A DNA stretch of 64,000 nucleotides from Eledone cirrhosa. Lineage: Eukaryota. Position 1 is the stretch's first letter, and each line of letters begins with the position of its first letter. The notes under the pieces are model-generated. The model worked only from the letters and a program-made list of their open reading frames with translations. It was not told the DNA's origin and made no database searches. The stretch lies in assembly GCA_964016885.1 (NCBI GenBank), contig OZ024743.1, positions 245,148,001 to 245,212,000 on the forward strand, in the 5' to 3' direction. Below, one piece after another: positions 36,976 to 51,834 of the stretch. The translations under genes were made by a program, and so were the position numbers.

Positions 36976-39900
36976 ATGTTAAAAAAAATTACAGCTTAAC
37001 ACACCTATGTAGGCTTAACAAGCCTCTCATGAGGGAGCAACTTATAGGCTTCTTTGGTGTTTCAATAGTTGGAAGGACCACTCAGTTTTATCATGCTAAG
37101 CATAAAATGAAGTATCTTGCTCAGGAACACATGCCGCCCAGCCTATTAATTGAACTCACAACCTTATGATGGTGAATCTACACCCTAATTACTAGACCAC
37201 ATGCCTTCACATTACACTTAATTACACCTAAGTAAACATAGCCATAGATAGTTTAGTGATTTTACAAGAGAATGTCAAAGGAGAGCTGGTAATGAATATA
37301 ATCCATTCATTGATGGATCAATACCTCAATGATCAATATTGCATTGATTAAACCAGCTGTGACTTGCAAAAATTGAATATTGAAATAATTGAACAATGAA
37401 GGACAAGGACAAAACTAAAAATAAATCTATTAAAAAGAATATATGGAACACTAGTTTTATAGACATATAATAGTAAATGGATCAGACATCATCATTTTAT
37501 GTCTGTTTTCCATTCTGATAGATTGGCTGGATTTTCATGTTCTGACAGATGACCCATCATGTTCTTACATGCCAATCATTTAACTGTGTATATTGGGTGC
37601 ATTTTATTAAAGCACCAACACTACCACTTTACAGAGTGTACTGGGTGCATACTGAGAGGAAAAGTATTCTTGCACTGAGTTAAAATTTCCCTGAAGTCAA
37701 CTTTGCCTTTCAGGGTTGATAAAATAATGTACCAATCTAAGATGATGGATTGGCAGAATCATTATAGCATTTGATGAGATATCTTGCAGTGTTTGTTTTG
37801 GCTCTGTGTTTTAAAGTTGACATCATTGCTAGCATTCAGATAAGGTTTGCAGTTTGAGAATATCTTCCTCTCTCCCTCCTACTATTCTTGGTGGCCTTGA
37901 ATAGAGGTTATGAATCCACCCCCCTGATTATGCATAAAAGAAAATTTCAAATCTCATCTCTTATTTGGATGTGATGAGATCATAAAAACAATGAAAATAC
38001 TGTCCTCATCCAAGTCAACTATGTTTTAATGTCTACTTTTCCATACACAGGCATCGGTTAGAGAGAATATTTGCAACAGTGTTTATGGTGGAATGCCCTT
38101 CCTGATGCCAATGCTTTTACTCACCTCTTACAACATTCAAGTGGAGACGCATGGTTTAGTGGTTAGGGGAGTTCAGTCCATGATCGTAAGGTCAAGTATT
38201 TAATTCCTGGTGGGGTGTTGGGACCTTGAGCAAAATGCTTTATATCACGTTGCTCCAATCGACTGCTAGCAAAAATGAGTTGTATATACAATTCATCTCT
38301 GCCTTGTTTTGTTAGACACTGTGACATGCTGAATCTTCCTGAGAACTATGTTACAGGTGCACATATCTATGGAATGCTCAACCACTCTCACATTAATTTC
38401 ATGAGCAGGCTGTTTTATTCGTCAAACAACTGCTGCACTTGTTGGAGCAGATGGAGCTCCAACACAAACAAAACCATGCAAAGATATAGTACACTTATTC
38501 TAAAAACTGGGATACACACAACAATAATGATAACAAAAAAAATAAATTAGTGATGATATGAGAATAGAATAGAGAAAATTTACTTGAGGTAATAATGCAT
38601 GCTAAATAGGTCTTGTCATTTCAACAGCTCAATACTGTAAACCATTAGCTTATGATTACTTATTGGTTTTTGAAATGATAGGAGAGTATAAACAGTGTTT
38701 GATTCCAGTAAAGACAAGAGAAATCAATACAGCAAATACCGCAGTGTAATGTGTATGCACTGCATGGGAAACAGCTAGAGTTTGGCAGACCAACAACTTG
38801 GCTCTTCATAATCTACAAACTTAGGAAAGAAATTGAATTTTTAGGTTAGTGAAGCTAGTGAAGGAATAAGACACTGCCTGGAAATATTTTTAAACATAAC
38901 CTTGATAGAGATACAGGCATGACTATAGGGTTTAAGAAGTATATTGTGCAGTCACATGGTTTCAAATTCAATCCTACTGTGTGGAAGCTTCTACGATACG
39001 TTTGGACTGGCTGATTAATGCCTTGAGAGTGAATTTCATAGATAGAAACTGCACAGAAGTCTATAATATATATGTAATAAATGAGTGATAAGTTTCAAAA
39101 AGCTGGTATAATGTTGTAGAAATACAAAGCGCAAAAGCTGAGAAATAAAACAAAAGTATACCAAGTGTATATGCTAGTGAAGAAATAAGATACTGCCTGG
39201 AAATCTTTTAAACATAACTATTCCAGAAGCAACATTCAAATGTATATGGAGGCACAAAGAGCTCTACTTCAAAGAGGATTAGCAATTAAATCCCACAAAA
39301 TGCGTAATATTTTTCCCCCAGTCTAAGATTGACTACTTTATCAACAGACCTCGTAAATTTAATTTCCATACATGTTATCAGTGTGACTTTAAACCTTTCA
39401 GCTATCTGGAATGAATAATACTTTACTTGGGGTAGGTGGGGGGTTTTGACATAATTGATTAAAACCTCACTCCCATCATTAAACACCACCAATGTCTTTG
39501 TGCTTCCTATGTTAAAAATGAAAAGGTTGGACAACTCAAAATGTCTTACACAGGCCCATGCCAGCATGGAAAACCAGATATGAAACCGATGATGATAAAC
39601 ACAAAGGTATCTACTAAAAAATAAATAGTCAATCCTTTTATGAAAAATGCAGAGTTTAATGAAGATCACAATATACCTAGATACTTCAGATTTCATTTTT
39701 TTATAATGCTTCCATGGAATAAAATAAATGGCATGTCAGACCTTGATTATTGGGATCAACTATAAAAGATCTCTAACAGGAGTTGCAACTGGTAGATAGT
39801 ATCAGCAATGAAAAGACCAATGGAAACATTGTTTCCTTAGTTTGATTTGATGTGTTCCACACCACTTGAGTGGTCTGGGATATTGTCAATAAAACTTTAT

Positions 39901-41489
39901 TTTCTCCAACGTCACTATGTTACATCATTTATACAATCATCATGGCATGAGTTGAATGGCTTGTCACTGTCCAAGACTAAACAAGTCAGAGAGACCACAT
40001 CTTGCTCAAACGTCCCATATTTTGGCATGATTTCTATGGCTGGATGCTCTTTCTAACCTCAACCACTTTGTAGAGTGTATTGGATGCATTTTCTTGTGCC
40101 ACAATCACTAACATTCTACTGGGTGTATTGCCCTATATTGTCTGGGTTTGATTGCCAATGTGGAAAATATTCCATCAACGTTGTCCAAACAATACTGGCA
40201 TCAAGTTAAAAAATAACCAACCTCATGTTACATAGCCACATTGTGTCACAATTATTTTACCCATTTAGTCCTGCTTTCTACACCAAAACAAAATAAGGAA
40301 GAAAAAGACGCCACAACCTTCAAATAATACCTGGATAAGTTTAGTAAACAATTAGAATGGGCTATGTTGTCTCAAAATATGATTTAAAAGACTTCAAGGA
40401 GTGCTATTAAGATAGACATGGTCTATATTGGTTAAAATTGATCAAAGTTATTGATTATTTAACAAATATTAATATTTACTGTGATAGAAGATATTTTGCA
40501 TGTGAATGCACTTTTCTTGCACTATAGAAATTGTAACTTTTCTAGTGCACTCTGCAAAATATAATTTGATGCCAGGAATTCTAATTCAAATACATATGTT
40601 TATTCATACATTCCAGTTTCAGCTTTGTCCCTATAGTTGGCTGCCCTTCCTAATTCCAGCCACTTTACAGAGTGTACTGGGTGCAATTTATTATAGTTCC
40701 AGCACCAGGTGGCTGCCATGTCTTAGACACACACAATTGAAACTTTTTTGGCATGGTTTCAGTGACTAGATGTCCTTCCTAACATTAACCACTTTACACA
40801 ATGTACTGAGTACATTTTATTGTGACATTAGCACTATGGAGGTTGTTTTGTCCTAGATATAATTGAAAAATCATCTCAACACTTTTTGGCATGGTTTATG
40901 CAGCTGGATGTCCTTCCTAATACTAACCAGTTTGCAGAGTATACTGAGCACATTTTATCATAGCACCAGAACTAGGGAGTTTGTCATGCCCTAAACACAA
41001 TTGAAGAGTCCTCTCAGCTGTTTTGGACATAGATTCTAAAGCTTTTTAATTGAGAATGAAATTAAGCAACAGTGCACAGTTCAGCTTTTGAAATGAAAAA
41101 CACATTGAATTTTAACACCTACTCATGGGAAGGTCTGCTAATGAAATAGATCTAAAGTACAAAAACAAGGAACAAATTTTATATCAAGTAATTTAATATT
41201 GGTAAAGAATAAATGGAGACAAAATTAAGTAGTGAGTACTCTTTAGTCTTGTGTGGTACAAAACAACCTTCTACTGTAGGTGCTATGATAAAATGCCTCT
41301 GCAAAGTTGTTGGTAAATCGATAGAGACAATGTAGAGTTGAGAGAATGATTTAGTGCTACTGAGACTAAAGCAAGTGGAAAGTGGTTTGTGAATCTGTGG
41401 AGGCAACAAAAGGTTGAGAGGACCCCCTAGTCATGTTGAGGACATGACAACCTCTCTATTATTAGTACTATTATATGTACCCCATATCC

Positions 41490-41780
41490 TCTGTAAAAAG
41501 GATCATGGGCTAGGGCTACACTCTTCTCCTAAGCAGTCATAAGGGTTCTGAAAAGAGTCATGAGCACTGCCTGTCCTCCTACCAGTCTCATAAACCCTAA
41601 AAAGAAATCACAAGCTCTCCTTCCTCCAACCAGCCTTCGATACCCTAAAAAGTGCCATGGACTCTGCTCTTCCTATATCTAATCTTGATGACCCTAAGAA
41701 TTATGAAACGACTTTCATCCCAATAGTCTCAGCCCTTAAAAAGGGTCATGGGTTATGCCTTTTCTTCTCTAAGACACTAG
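41490..41780. repeat. Diverged ~50-55 bp tandem repeat (TAAAAAGGGTCATGGGCACTGCCCTTCCTC-like)
   Basis: About five degenerate units; a single related unit lies at ~29320-29375. Confidence 0.55.
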
Positions 41781-43125
41781 AAAATAAAAACAAACCACTG
41801 TTCTGTACCATTCCTTTCAACATCAATCAATAACAATTTGGTTCTCTTCTCAGAGACTGGATTGACAGAAAATGGGCATGCAGGTAACAGAAATGAAGAT
41901 GGAGTAACAACCTCAAGGACTGGACAGAGAGGACCTTGTCAGAGTGGATGATTGCAGTATAAGACTGCAATGTGTGGTGAAGAGTTGTGGTTGTGTCTGA
42001 GGCTCCCAACACAACCATGTGAATAGGATTCATTCATTCATTTTTAAATGTTGATATTAAATAGGAAAATGCCATGTCTGACATTGAAAATTAGACTCAA
42101 TGTTGTCCTTAAACCTTTAAACAATGTCTCTAACAGGTTGTGACTAATTAACTCCTTCATTACCATATTTCTGATAAAATGCACTGCATTTGAATTAATT
42201 ACTGAAGAATTTGGAGGGATTTACTAAAATTATTTTAGCCATTAAGACGGTATTTCAGACATTACAAAAGATTCTTATATAAAATTATGTTGTAAGATTT
42301 TAATTTAACTCAAAAACTGTTTAAAATAGGTGGCTTTGTTCCATAGAAGCAGATGGTTAAACAGCCTTATTTGGTAACACAATTTCAAAAAAATATATTT
42401 AACAATAATTCAGTAGAATGAAATGAATGTAAAATATATCAAGAAATATTCCAGGAGAATGAAGATACAGAATTGGACAATTGCAATGCTCGAACATAGC
42501 CATGGCCGAAATGGTGAGGGAATTAAAGCTTTTTGTTTGACACTCAAAATAATTATAATAGTCATTCAGTCACAGAATTTGGCAATCCTAGCTTATCTAT
42601 TTTTTAATAATTAATGCTAGTGCAGGTTTTGTTTTTGGGCAACGTCCTTGGTACTTAGCAGATAACTGGGTTAGAAGAATGTGATTAGTCTGGGAGTGGT
42701 GAGGATAAGACAAAAGCGAGAGTTTAACCCTTTTGATACCAACCAGGTTAAAACCAACTCTGGTTCTATGAAACAAAAACCACCCATTTTAAAACGTTCC
42801 TATTTAAATTTAACCTTTCCAATATGATTTTATATAAAAACCTTTTGTTACGTTACAAATGCTAATCATTTTAGTAAATCCTTCTAAATTCTTTACTAAT
42901 TAATTGAAACAATATATGTCATGAAATACATGGTGATGAAAGGGCTAAGCATTGAGATTGGGCAAGAAAATTGCAAGTATATGGAATGATGGCAGAATGT
43001 TCATGTATAGTGATCTTGAACTAGTTAGAATATATAAAAATACCATATAACCAATGCACTTTTATACAGCAGCTTTATATACACACGTGCATGTGTGTGT
43101 GTATCTGTGTATACACACACACACA

Positions 43126-43316
43126 CAAGGATCAGCTGAAAAGTTCATAGGCTATGAAGGATTGATGCTAGAGCTATGAAATCTTGCATGCATTAATTTC
43201 AACTCTTATTAATAACTGCATTGCTTCTTTCCAGGGATTATGTTGAAAAATAAACCTCATTTGGACATTCCATGAGAGTCTCTTGGTCAGTCTATGACCT
43301 TTTCAGCTGACCCTCA
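43126..43316. mobile_element. mariner-derived MITE
   Basis: TIRs CAAGGATCAGCTGAAAAGTTCATAGGCT / AGTCTATGACCTTTTCAGCTGACCCTCA|TA. Confidence 0.8.
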
Positions 43317-44617
43317 TATACTGAATATATTAGCCACTCTGTATATATACAGATATATATATAAATTATATCTGTATATATACAGAGTGGCTAACCGAGA
43401 TTGTACCAATGTGTACATAAATATACATATTTATGGTATATAGACATGTAAACATGCCAAATGATTTTCGGAGGTAGTTGGGGTTTATCAGAAAGTGTGT
43501 ATATTATTTAGATAACTACAAGGAAACACATGAAACTATTCTGGTGTTAGTTACCCACTCAACATATATACAGGATAACTTTATTGTATGCTTCAGCTGC
43601 TTGGTGCATCTCTCAACATATATATATGTACAAAATTAATGAACCATTCAACTCATGCCAGTATGAAAAACAGATGTAAAATGATAATCATGATAATCAA
43701 GCTTAAAATGCTTCAAAACAGCTTAAGCTGGGCCATCAAGCTTATATGCAATGAATAATATCTGTACTCTTCTTTCATTAACCCTTTAGCATTTCCATCA
43801 CTCTATATTTATTATTGTATTTTCACGGTAAAGGCTGAATCTTTTATAATCATCTCACATATCGAATCTACGGGATTTTGATATTTATTTTTAGAACAAT
43901 AACTTCATATAAGGATGAGCAGCCAGTTAAGGCCAGTTTGAACAGAAAGAGGCGAGAGAATTCTGGCCAGAAATGGCAGGTTAAAGTTTCTAGCACCCAG
44001 TTTTACTTGTCATATAACTAGTAACATCGGATTATAATGAATATATTTCCTATAATCTCGCTACTTAGATTATGTTTTCTCCCACTTCACAGAGCAGCCA
44101 GAAATGTGAGTAAATGGTATTTTCATTATTTTATGCCTCTGTATTTCTTTGCAATTGTTTTGGTTTTTGTTTTTTTAACTGGTTGAGATCTATAATGGCT
44201 ATAAATTCTAAATATATCTCATTTTGAATTTGCCACCAGCACAGTCTGTAGGTGAACAACAAATCGTTCTTCCATACATGATGTCACTATTTGCTATTGT
44301 AGTAGTAATTTCTCAACACACAGAATGGACAGACAACTTTGCACTTTAGTTGCATCCACTGATGACACAATGCAGAAATGGCATGCATAGATGCACGATG
44401 TTGCCACTATGATTGGCAAATTGCAAACTGCATTTATCAGTGCAGTCTATACTTGCAGAAACTCCAGCGTCCGGGACAACCACAAGTGACTGTTCCATTA
44501 CAGATATACATTTTGTTAGCACTCCGAGACAGTTTTGCTCACTTATATGTTCAAACCATATCTCATTGAGTGAGTAATATGAGTAAATATATTTCCTATA
44601 ACCTCACTACTTAGACA

Positions 44618-45443
44618 ATCATCATCATCATCATCATCGTTTAACGTCCATATTCCACGCTTGCATGGGTTTGGACGGGAGTTTTCCCCACTTGAGGCAA
44701 GAGTGGTTGTCTTGCTCGCATAGGACTGTCTGGCGGGTTTTCTACGGCTGGATGCCCTTCCTAACACCAACCACATTTACAGTGTGGAACTGGGAGGTTT
44801 TTACCGTGTTACCTACACGGCCACATTACAGCATGGACTGTGTGTTTTTTTGTCGTGACACCTACACGACCTCATTTGTTTTGGCCTGGATGTTGTGGTA
44901 CCAACATAACTTTACATTGAAAGGGGCGGTGTGGATGGGGTGGGGGTAGTGGGAAGGGGGTGTATTTTGTTAGAGGTGCCTACTGACTGTAGTAGGTTTT
45001 ACTTTGTATTTAGGTAAGGCGGGTCTTCTCTATTACTGTGTAGCGCCAAAGATCTCGGTCCAGTGACATTGTCTTGGAGAGGTGTAAGTGTGTGAGGTCG
45101 GAATTTATCAAGTCGTCCCAGGTTTTTCTGGGTCTGCCTACTCCGTGGCTACCGTCTATTTGTATTGCCCTGCACTTTGTTATACAGCTGTCGTCTTTCA
45201 TGCGCATCACGTGACCATACCAACGTAGCCTTCTCTCGAGTAAACATCTGATCCCTTTTATTTCTAATTTTTCCCTTAGTTCGTTAATGCTTTGCCGTTC
45301 ACGTATATTACTATTACACATCCAGCGGAGCATGCAAGCTTCGTTCCTCTCTAGTCTGCGTATATCCTCTGCACACAATGCCCAGGTCTCACTGCCATGC
45401 AACATTGCTGTTCGTATGCAGGCATCATACAGCCTGCCTTTCA
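44618..45443 (-). mobile_element. RTE lineage A, short 5'-truncated copy including the long 3'UTR
   Basis: Closely matches 676-1505 (KGRLYDACIRTAMLHGSETW...KTRLT*, then the same ~390-bp UTR). The 5' junction is in a (TA)n tract. Confidence 0.95.
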
Positions 45444-45679
45444 ATATATATATATATATATATATACACTACAGAAGAACCAACCACTAACACAAACACT
45501 ACAATACTGAAAGTAAATATTGTGAAAGATCAGAGGCTAGAGTGTTTGTTGATCAAACAGAAATATAGGGTCTAAGAAAAATCTTTAGTCTAGACAAGCA
45601 ACTGACAACCTCTCTAGTGCTGGTGCCACAATAAAACAGATCCAGTCTACTTCATAAGGGCGATCATAATAAAAAAATA

Positions 45680-45770
45680 AATAAATAAAAAAAGAAAAAA
45701 GAAAAAAGAAAAAAGAAAAAAGAAAAAAGAAAAAAAAAGAAAAAAGAAAAAAAAAGAAAAAAGAAAAAAG
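45680..45770. repeat. (AAAAAAG)n-type A-rich simple repeat
   Basis: Visible directly. Confidence 0.9.
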
Positions 45771-46472
45771 AATGCTGCTTCATATTTAATCCTGTTTGGA
45801 ACTATAGAATTAATCAGATTTGAAAAGTTTGTTCATGTTGATATGGAACTTGGATGAAAATGTACAAGATGACAAATTCAAAATAAGGAGGAATTGAGGA
45901 AACTTAGGATTGCAAGGAGAGGAGTGTGATCTGGATTACAACTTCTGTGTTTGTTTTGTAATACAGAATGAGGAAGAACAAAATCACTTAACTGTGTCAG
46001 TGAAGCACACCAGAATTTTCATTACAACTGTTTATATATACATATATACATGCACACACACATATGTACTAGATGACAACCCTGACCTTTTATTCATTGC
46101 CTTACCAAATCCTCACAGACACCTATAACTTCATACCTGTCTCCCTCTCCTACCCCCCTCCCCAGAGCTGATAGGGCAGTACAGTCGGATCTATGACCAA
46201 CCACCTCTCTAGTGATGGTGCCACAAAAATGCACTTGGTACACTCCATAAGGGTGGTTAGTGACAGGAAGGGCACCATGCCAAAAAGAGTTGAGAGAACC
46301 ATTTAGTTGTGTCAAAGACAACAACCTCTCTAGTGTTGGTGATCTACATAATAAAAGCACAACACGCTGTAAAGTGGTTGGTGTTAGGAAGGGAATCCAG
46401 CCGTAGAAGGTAGCCCCACCTCAATACTGACTTGGTCTATGTAAACCCATCCAACTCTTGCTAACAGAGAGA

Positions 46473-46505
<33 letters not shown>

Positions 46506-46546
46506 TGTGAGTGTGAGTGTGAGTGTGTGTGTGAGATATATAAAAT

Positions 46547-46889
46547 GGAGGCACATGGCTTAGTGGTTAGAGCATTGGCCTTGCAATCGAAAGGTTGTGA
46601 GTTCAATTCTCAGATCGGGTGATGTGTTGTTTCCTTGAGCAAGACACTTTATTTCACATTACTCCAGTTTACTCAGCTGTAGAAATGAGATGGTAGGGAC
46701 TGGGGCCCCTATCATTCCACTGCAAAGTGGTCGTGGAGGTGCCACGGCAAAATAGCACCCAGCACTCACTGTAAATGAGGTTGGTATTAGGAAGGGCATC
46801 CAGCTGTAAAAATCAAGCCAGAATCAGTTCCCGTCCTACCCTTGCAAGCAGGGAAAAGCGGACGTAAAAATGAGGATGATGATGATGAT
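46547..46889 (+). mobile_element. tRNA/CORE-like SINE with RTE-derived body and tail
   Basis: Near-identical to 18010-18346. Confidence 0.92.
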
Positions 46890-46902
46890 ATATATATATA
46901 TA

Positions 46903-47088
46903 TATCATCATCATCTTACGTCCGCTTTTCCCTGCTTGCAAGGGTGGGACGGGTCTTAATAAGCACGGCATCTCTCCATTCGTCATGGTCCTTTGTCATC
47001 TCCTCCGTGAGCTTCAGCAATCTGAGGCCTGCTCTCACCACCTCCGCCCATGTTTTTCGTGGTCTACCTCAACTACATCTTCCTTCTA
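46903..47088 (-). mobile_element. RTE lineage B 3'-terminal fragment, tail-to-tail with the preceding SINE
   Basis: Matches 35400-35585; separated from the SINE tail only by a short (AT)n tract. Confidence 0.88.
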
Positions 47089-47166
47089 CTAATATATATA
47101 TATCAAGAGGTGTATTAACAGCCAAACAGAGTTTGTAACCAAAACTGCACCAACTTATACAGATAT

Positions 47167-47202
<36 letters not shown>

Positions 47203-47612
47203 TGAGGAAATGAAAATAAAAACGACTGTGATGGTGGAGCTCATCAGTATTTAAAATTAGAAATGCTGCGATAGTTCCTGTATAAGAGATGAGGAAGTGA
47301 AACTAAAAATATTTAACTGTAGCAGTGGAGCTTATCGAAATTAACTTGTATTTTTTTACAATATAAGAAATGTAAACAGTTCTCTTAAGTAACAAGAGCA
47401 ACAGGTGAACATTTTCACTTGTGTTATGAAGTTATTTATATAATACCTGTTTGTTTGTATTACTAATATTTATGATGCAGTGGTGGGTGGGTGGATAGCA
47501 TAACTAGGTGATGATCTATGTACTAAAACATCACAAACACAGGTGCATAGAGTTAGAGAGAATGATATATATATATATATATAAGCAAAGATATATATAC
47601 ATATGTAAGCAA

Positions 47613-49159
<1,547 letters not shown>

Positions 49160-49288
49160 CAAAGAGATATTTAATTTGCTGGTAATTCAACAAATTTATT
49201 TATAACAGATTCGAAGCACTCGACAGATTTCCTGGAGTATAATATCAATGATATTAATAAATGGAAACTATATTTATAAAACCATATT

Positions 49289-49352
49289 TATTTTATTATA
49301 TATATTTCAAGAGTACCAAAAAAACTTTGGTACGCACTCATCAGATAAAATA
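49289..49352 (-). ncRNA. Type I hammerhead ribozyme motif
   Basis: Minus strand reads UAUUUUAU-CUGAUGA-GUGCGUACCAAAGUUUUUUUGGUACUCUU-GAAA-UAUAUA-UA|AUAAAAUA: 8-bp stem I, canonical core, stem II with a decayed base, palindromic stem III and an AUA cleavage triplet. Confidence 0.72.
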
Positions 49353-49481
49353 CAAAATGTGTTTTATAAATAGTGACATACCCGATAATGTCTGGTTTAT
49401 TGGGTATGTCACTATTTATAAAACAAATTTTGTATTTTACCTGATGAGAGCGTAGCATAGTGTTTTGGTACCCTTGAAATA

Positions 49482-50077
49482 TCTATATATCTAAAACAGA
49501 GAATGTCCGTCTGCTGACTCCCTAAAACACTAGAACCACCCAACCGATTGTTTTCAAACTTTACACATGTAATACTTATGGTCCTGTGAGTGTCTTGAGC
49601 AAAAATAATTTCAAATTTTCAATGCCCTAGGGACCGCATTAGGCGATTTAACGATCTCTCTCTATAATTCTTAGTCTTTCTTTTTAGATAGATACATAGA
49701 TATAACGTTGCGCCCTTATAATATCTGCCTGTATGTCTGGCTGTCTGCATTACGACATTATGACGTCGCCGTGTGCGTGCGTGCGTGCGTGCGTGCGTGC
49801 GTAACGTTTTTCGAAATATTTACTTCTGCGTTCACAGATTGATTTTTTTAGTTTCAGAGGATCCGGTTAAGGGTGAAAGCAGCGATTCTTTGCTTAAACT
49901 TTAATCTGTTATTTTAATATATATATAATTATATATTCGTGTACAATTATTTTTGCATACACAATAACAAAATATAAACAAACGTATTTATTTCACGAGG
50001 CTCGATAAGGATAAATATATATCAAATATATAAGAACCCTAGAGCAAATCCCGAGCAACGCCGGGCCATTCTACTAG
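49482..50077 (+). mobile_element. Non-autonomous Helitron
   Basis: A|TCTATATATCTAAAACAG ... CCCGAGCAACGCCGGG-CCATTCTACTAG|T with no TSD. Removing it restores the palindrome arm exactly at the junction. Confidence 0.88.
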
Positions 50078-50142
50078 TATATAATAAAATAAATATGGTT
50101 TTATAAATATGGTTTCCATTTATTAATATCATTGATATATAT

Positions 50143-50199
<57 letters not shown>

Positions 50200-50200
<1 letters not shown>

Positions 50201-50905
50201 TAGACCACCCGTGACCCGTTGGGTCACGTTCACTTAAAAATAATTTTTAAATAATTAAAATATACAGACATGTATATAATGTAAAATGAAATTGGAAGGT
50301 CATTCTCACTTAAGAATATTTTTTAAATATGCCAAAACATATTTTTTTTAATCGTATTCACTCGAAAATAATTTTTTTTAAATTGCCTGTGTAAAGAAAG
50401 CTAAAATCTAAATACTTACTGTACAAACAACTTGTATTTTCGAAATCACATTCACTTAAAAATATTTCTAAATAATTAAAATATTCTGTTTAACAAAAGC
50501 AAAAATATAAACATTTACTGTAAAAGCAACTCGTATTTTTCAGTCATATCCACTTTAAAATGTTTTTTTTTAATAATTCAAATATCGTCTGTTTAAAGAA
50601 AGCTAAAATATAGATACTAAAAGTACAAACTACTTGTATTTTTGAAATCATATTCACTGACAAATCACTGAAAAAAATTCTTTTAATGCATTTTTTAAAT
50701 CCTATTAACTTAAAAATATTTTTTGAATAATGAAAATATTGTCTATGTCCGATTTACGCCAAACTTGTTTTATTCCGTTTGTATTCCCATTTCAGGGTTA
50801 TTTTACTTTCGGATTATTTTCCCATTATGCGCCCTTTGTCTGTATTACATTACAGACAAGCAAGCAAGCAATTACAGACTTTTGGTATTATATATATATA
50901 TATAT
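50200..50905 (-). mobile_element. Non-autonomous Helitron-like element with internal ~100-bp tandem repeats
   Basis: The minus-strand 3' end has hairpin GTGACCC-AAC-GGGTCAC then GGGTGGTCTAG|T. Three to four diverged ~100-bp units at 50355-50660. Both ends lie in (TA)n. Confidence 0.7.
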
Positions 50906-51788
50906 AAAGTTTTTCGCTCTACATGTCTTACAATAAATGTAATCCGAGTTTTCGAATATTAATAATAATATTCGATTCGTTTGCAATTATGCAACAAGCC
51001 TCATTTTTAAAGCCATGTCAGTAAAATGAGCCCCCCATTCTTGCTCTTGTGTTGGCATGTAAACAGAACTGCAGACACTAATGTTTCTGGGTATTACCCT
51101 TCATCAATAAAGTTCACTGTTCACTTGCCAACTGTCAGAGCTAGTGAAAATATATGATATTTTCTAAAATATACCTAGAAACATTAGTGCCTGCAGTAGC
51201 AAATGAAATTGAAATGGGATGTAAATGAAGATCAAAACATAGAAGTTATGATAAAAAAAGCAAGGGTTGGATAAGTAACATATGGTAATTAACTGGGAGG
51301 AAAAACCCAACAAAACAGCAACAGTATTATAAAATTGCAGGAATTATTAGAGAGGAATGAAAGACCATAACAGCTCAAAATTTTGTAAACAACATGCCAA
51401 CTTGTTTTACCTGCTTAACAACTTGGCCTTGAATATTAAATAACCCATCTCTTGCTGCCATGAACATATTTGTTTCAATCCTATGATTAGTCTGGCACAG
51501 AAACCTTTTTAAAATACACAGCACAAAACTGGCTAGCAAAAGAGCCTCTACAGGATCTCTAGGGTTGCTAGAAATAGCAGTGAGATCTCCTTTGAATCAT
51601 ATCTTAGTGATTTAAGATGGTCCCAACTAGATTACATTTTGATCATGGCTCATCACCAGAGGCTAAATGCCAACCATGTAGCAGCAACAATAACCTCTCC
51701 AGAATTTTATAAAGTTAAGACTTAATAAAGTTGGCCATCCAAGAATTCTGACTAATTCGTCAAATGATTGCTTATGTGTGTGTGTGTA

Positions 51789-51834
<46 letters not shown>

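Larger units (their letters stand above)
49158..50138 (-). mobile_element. (TA)n-embedded fold-back element with hammerhead motifs (Penelope-like/retrozyme-like), interrupted by a Helitron
   Basis: Arms of ~146 bp at 49242-49388 and 49397-49481 + 50078-50138, an 8-nt loop, and a single-copy tail at 49158-49241. Confidence 0.75.
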
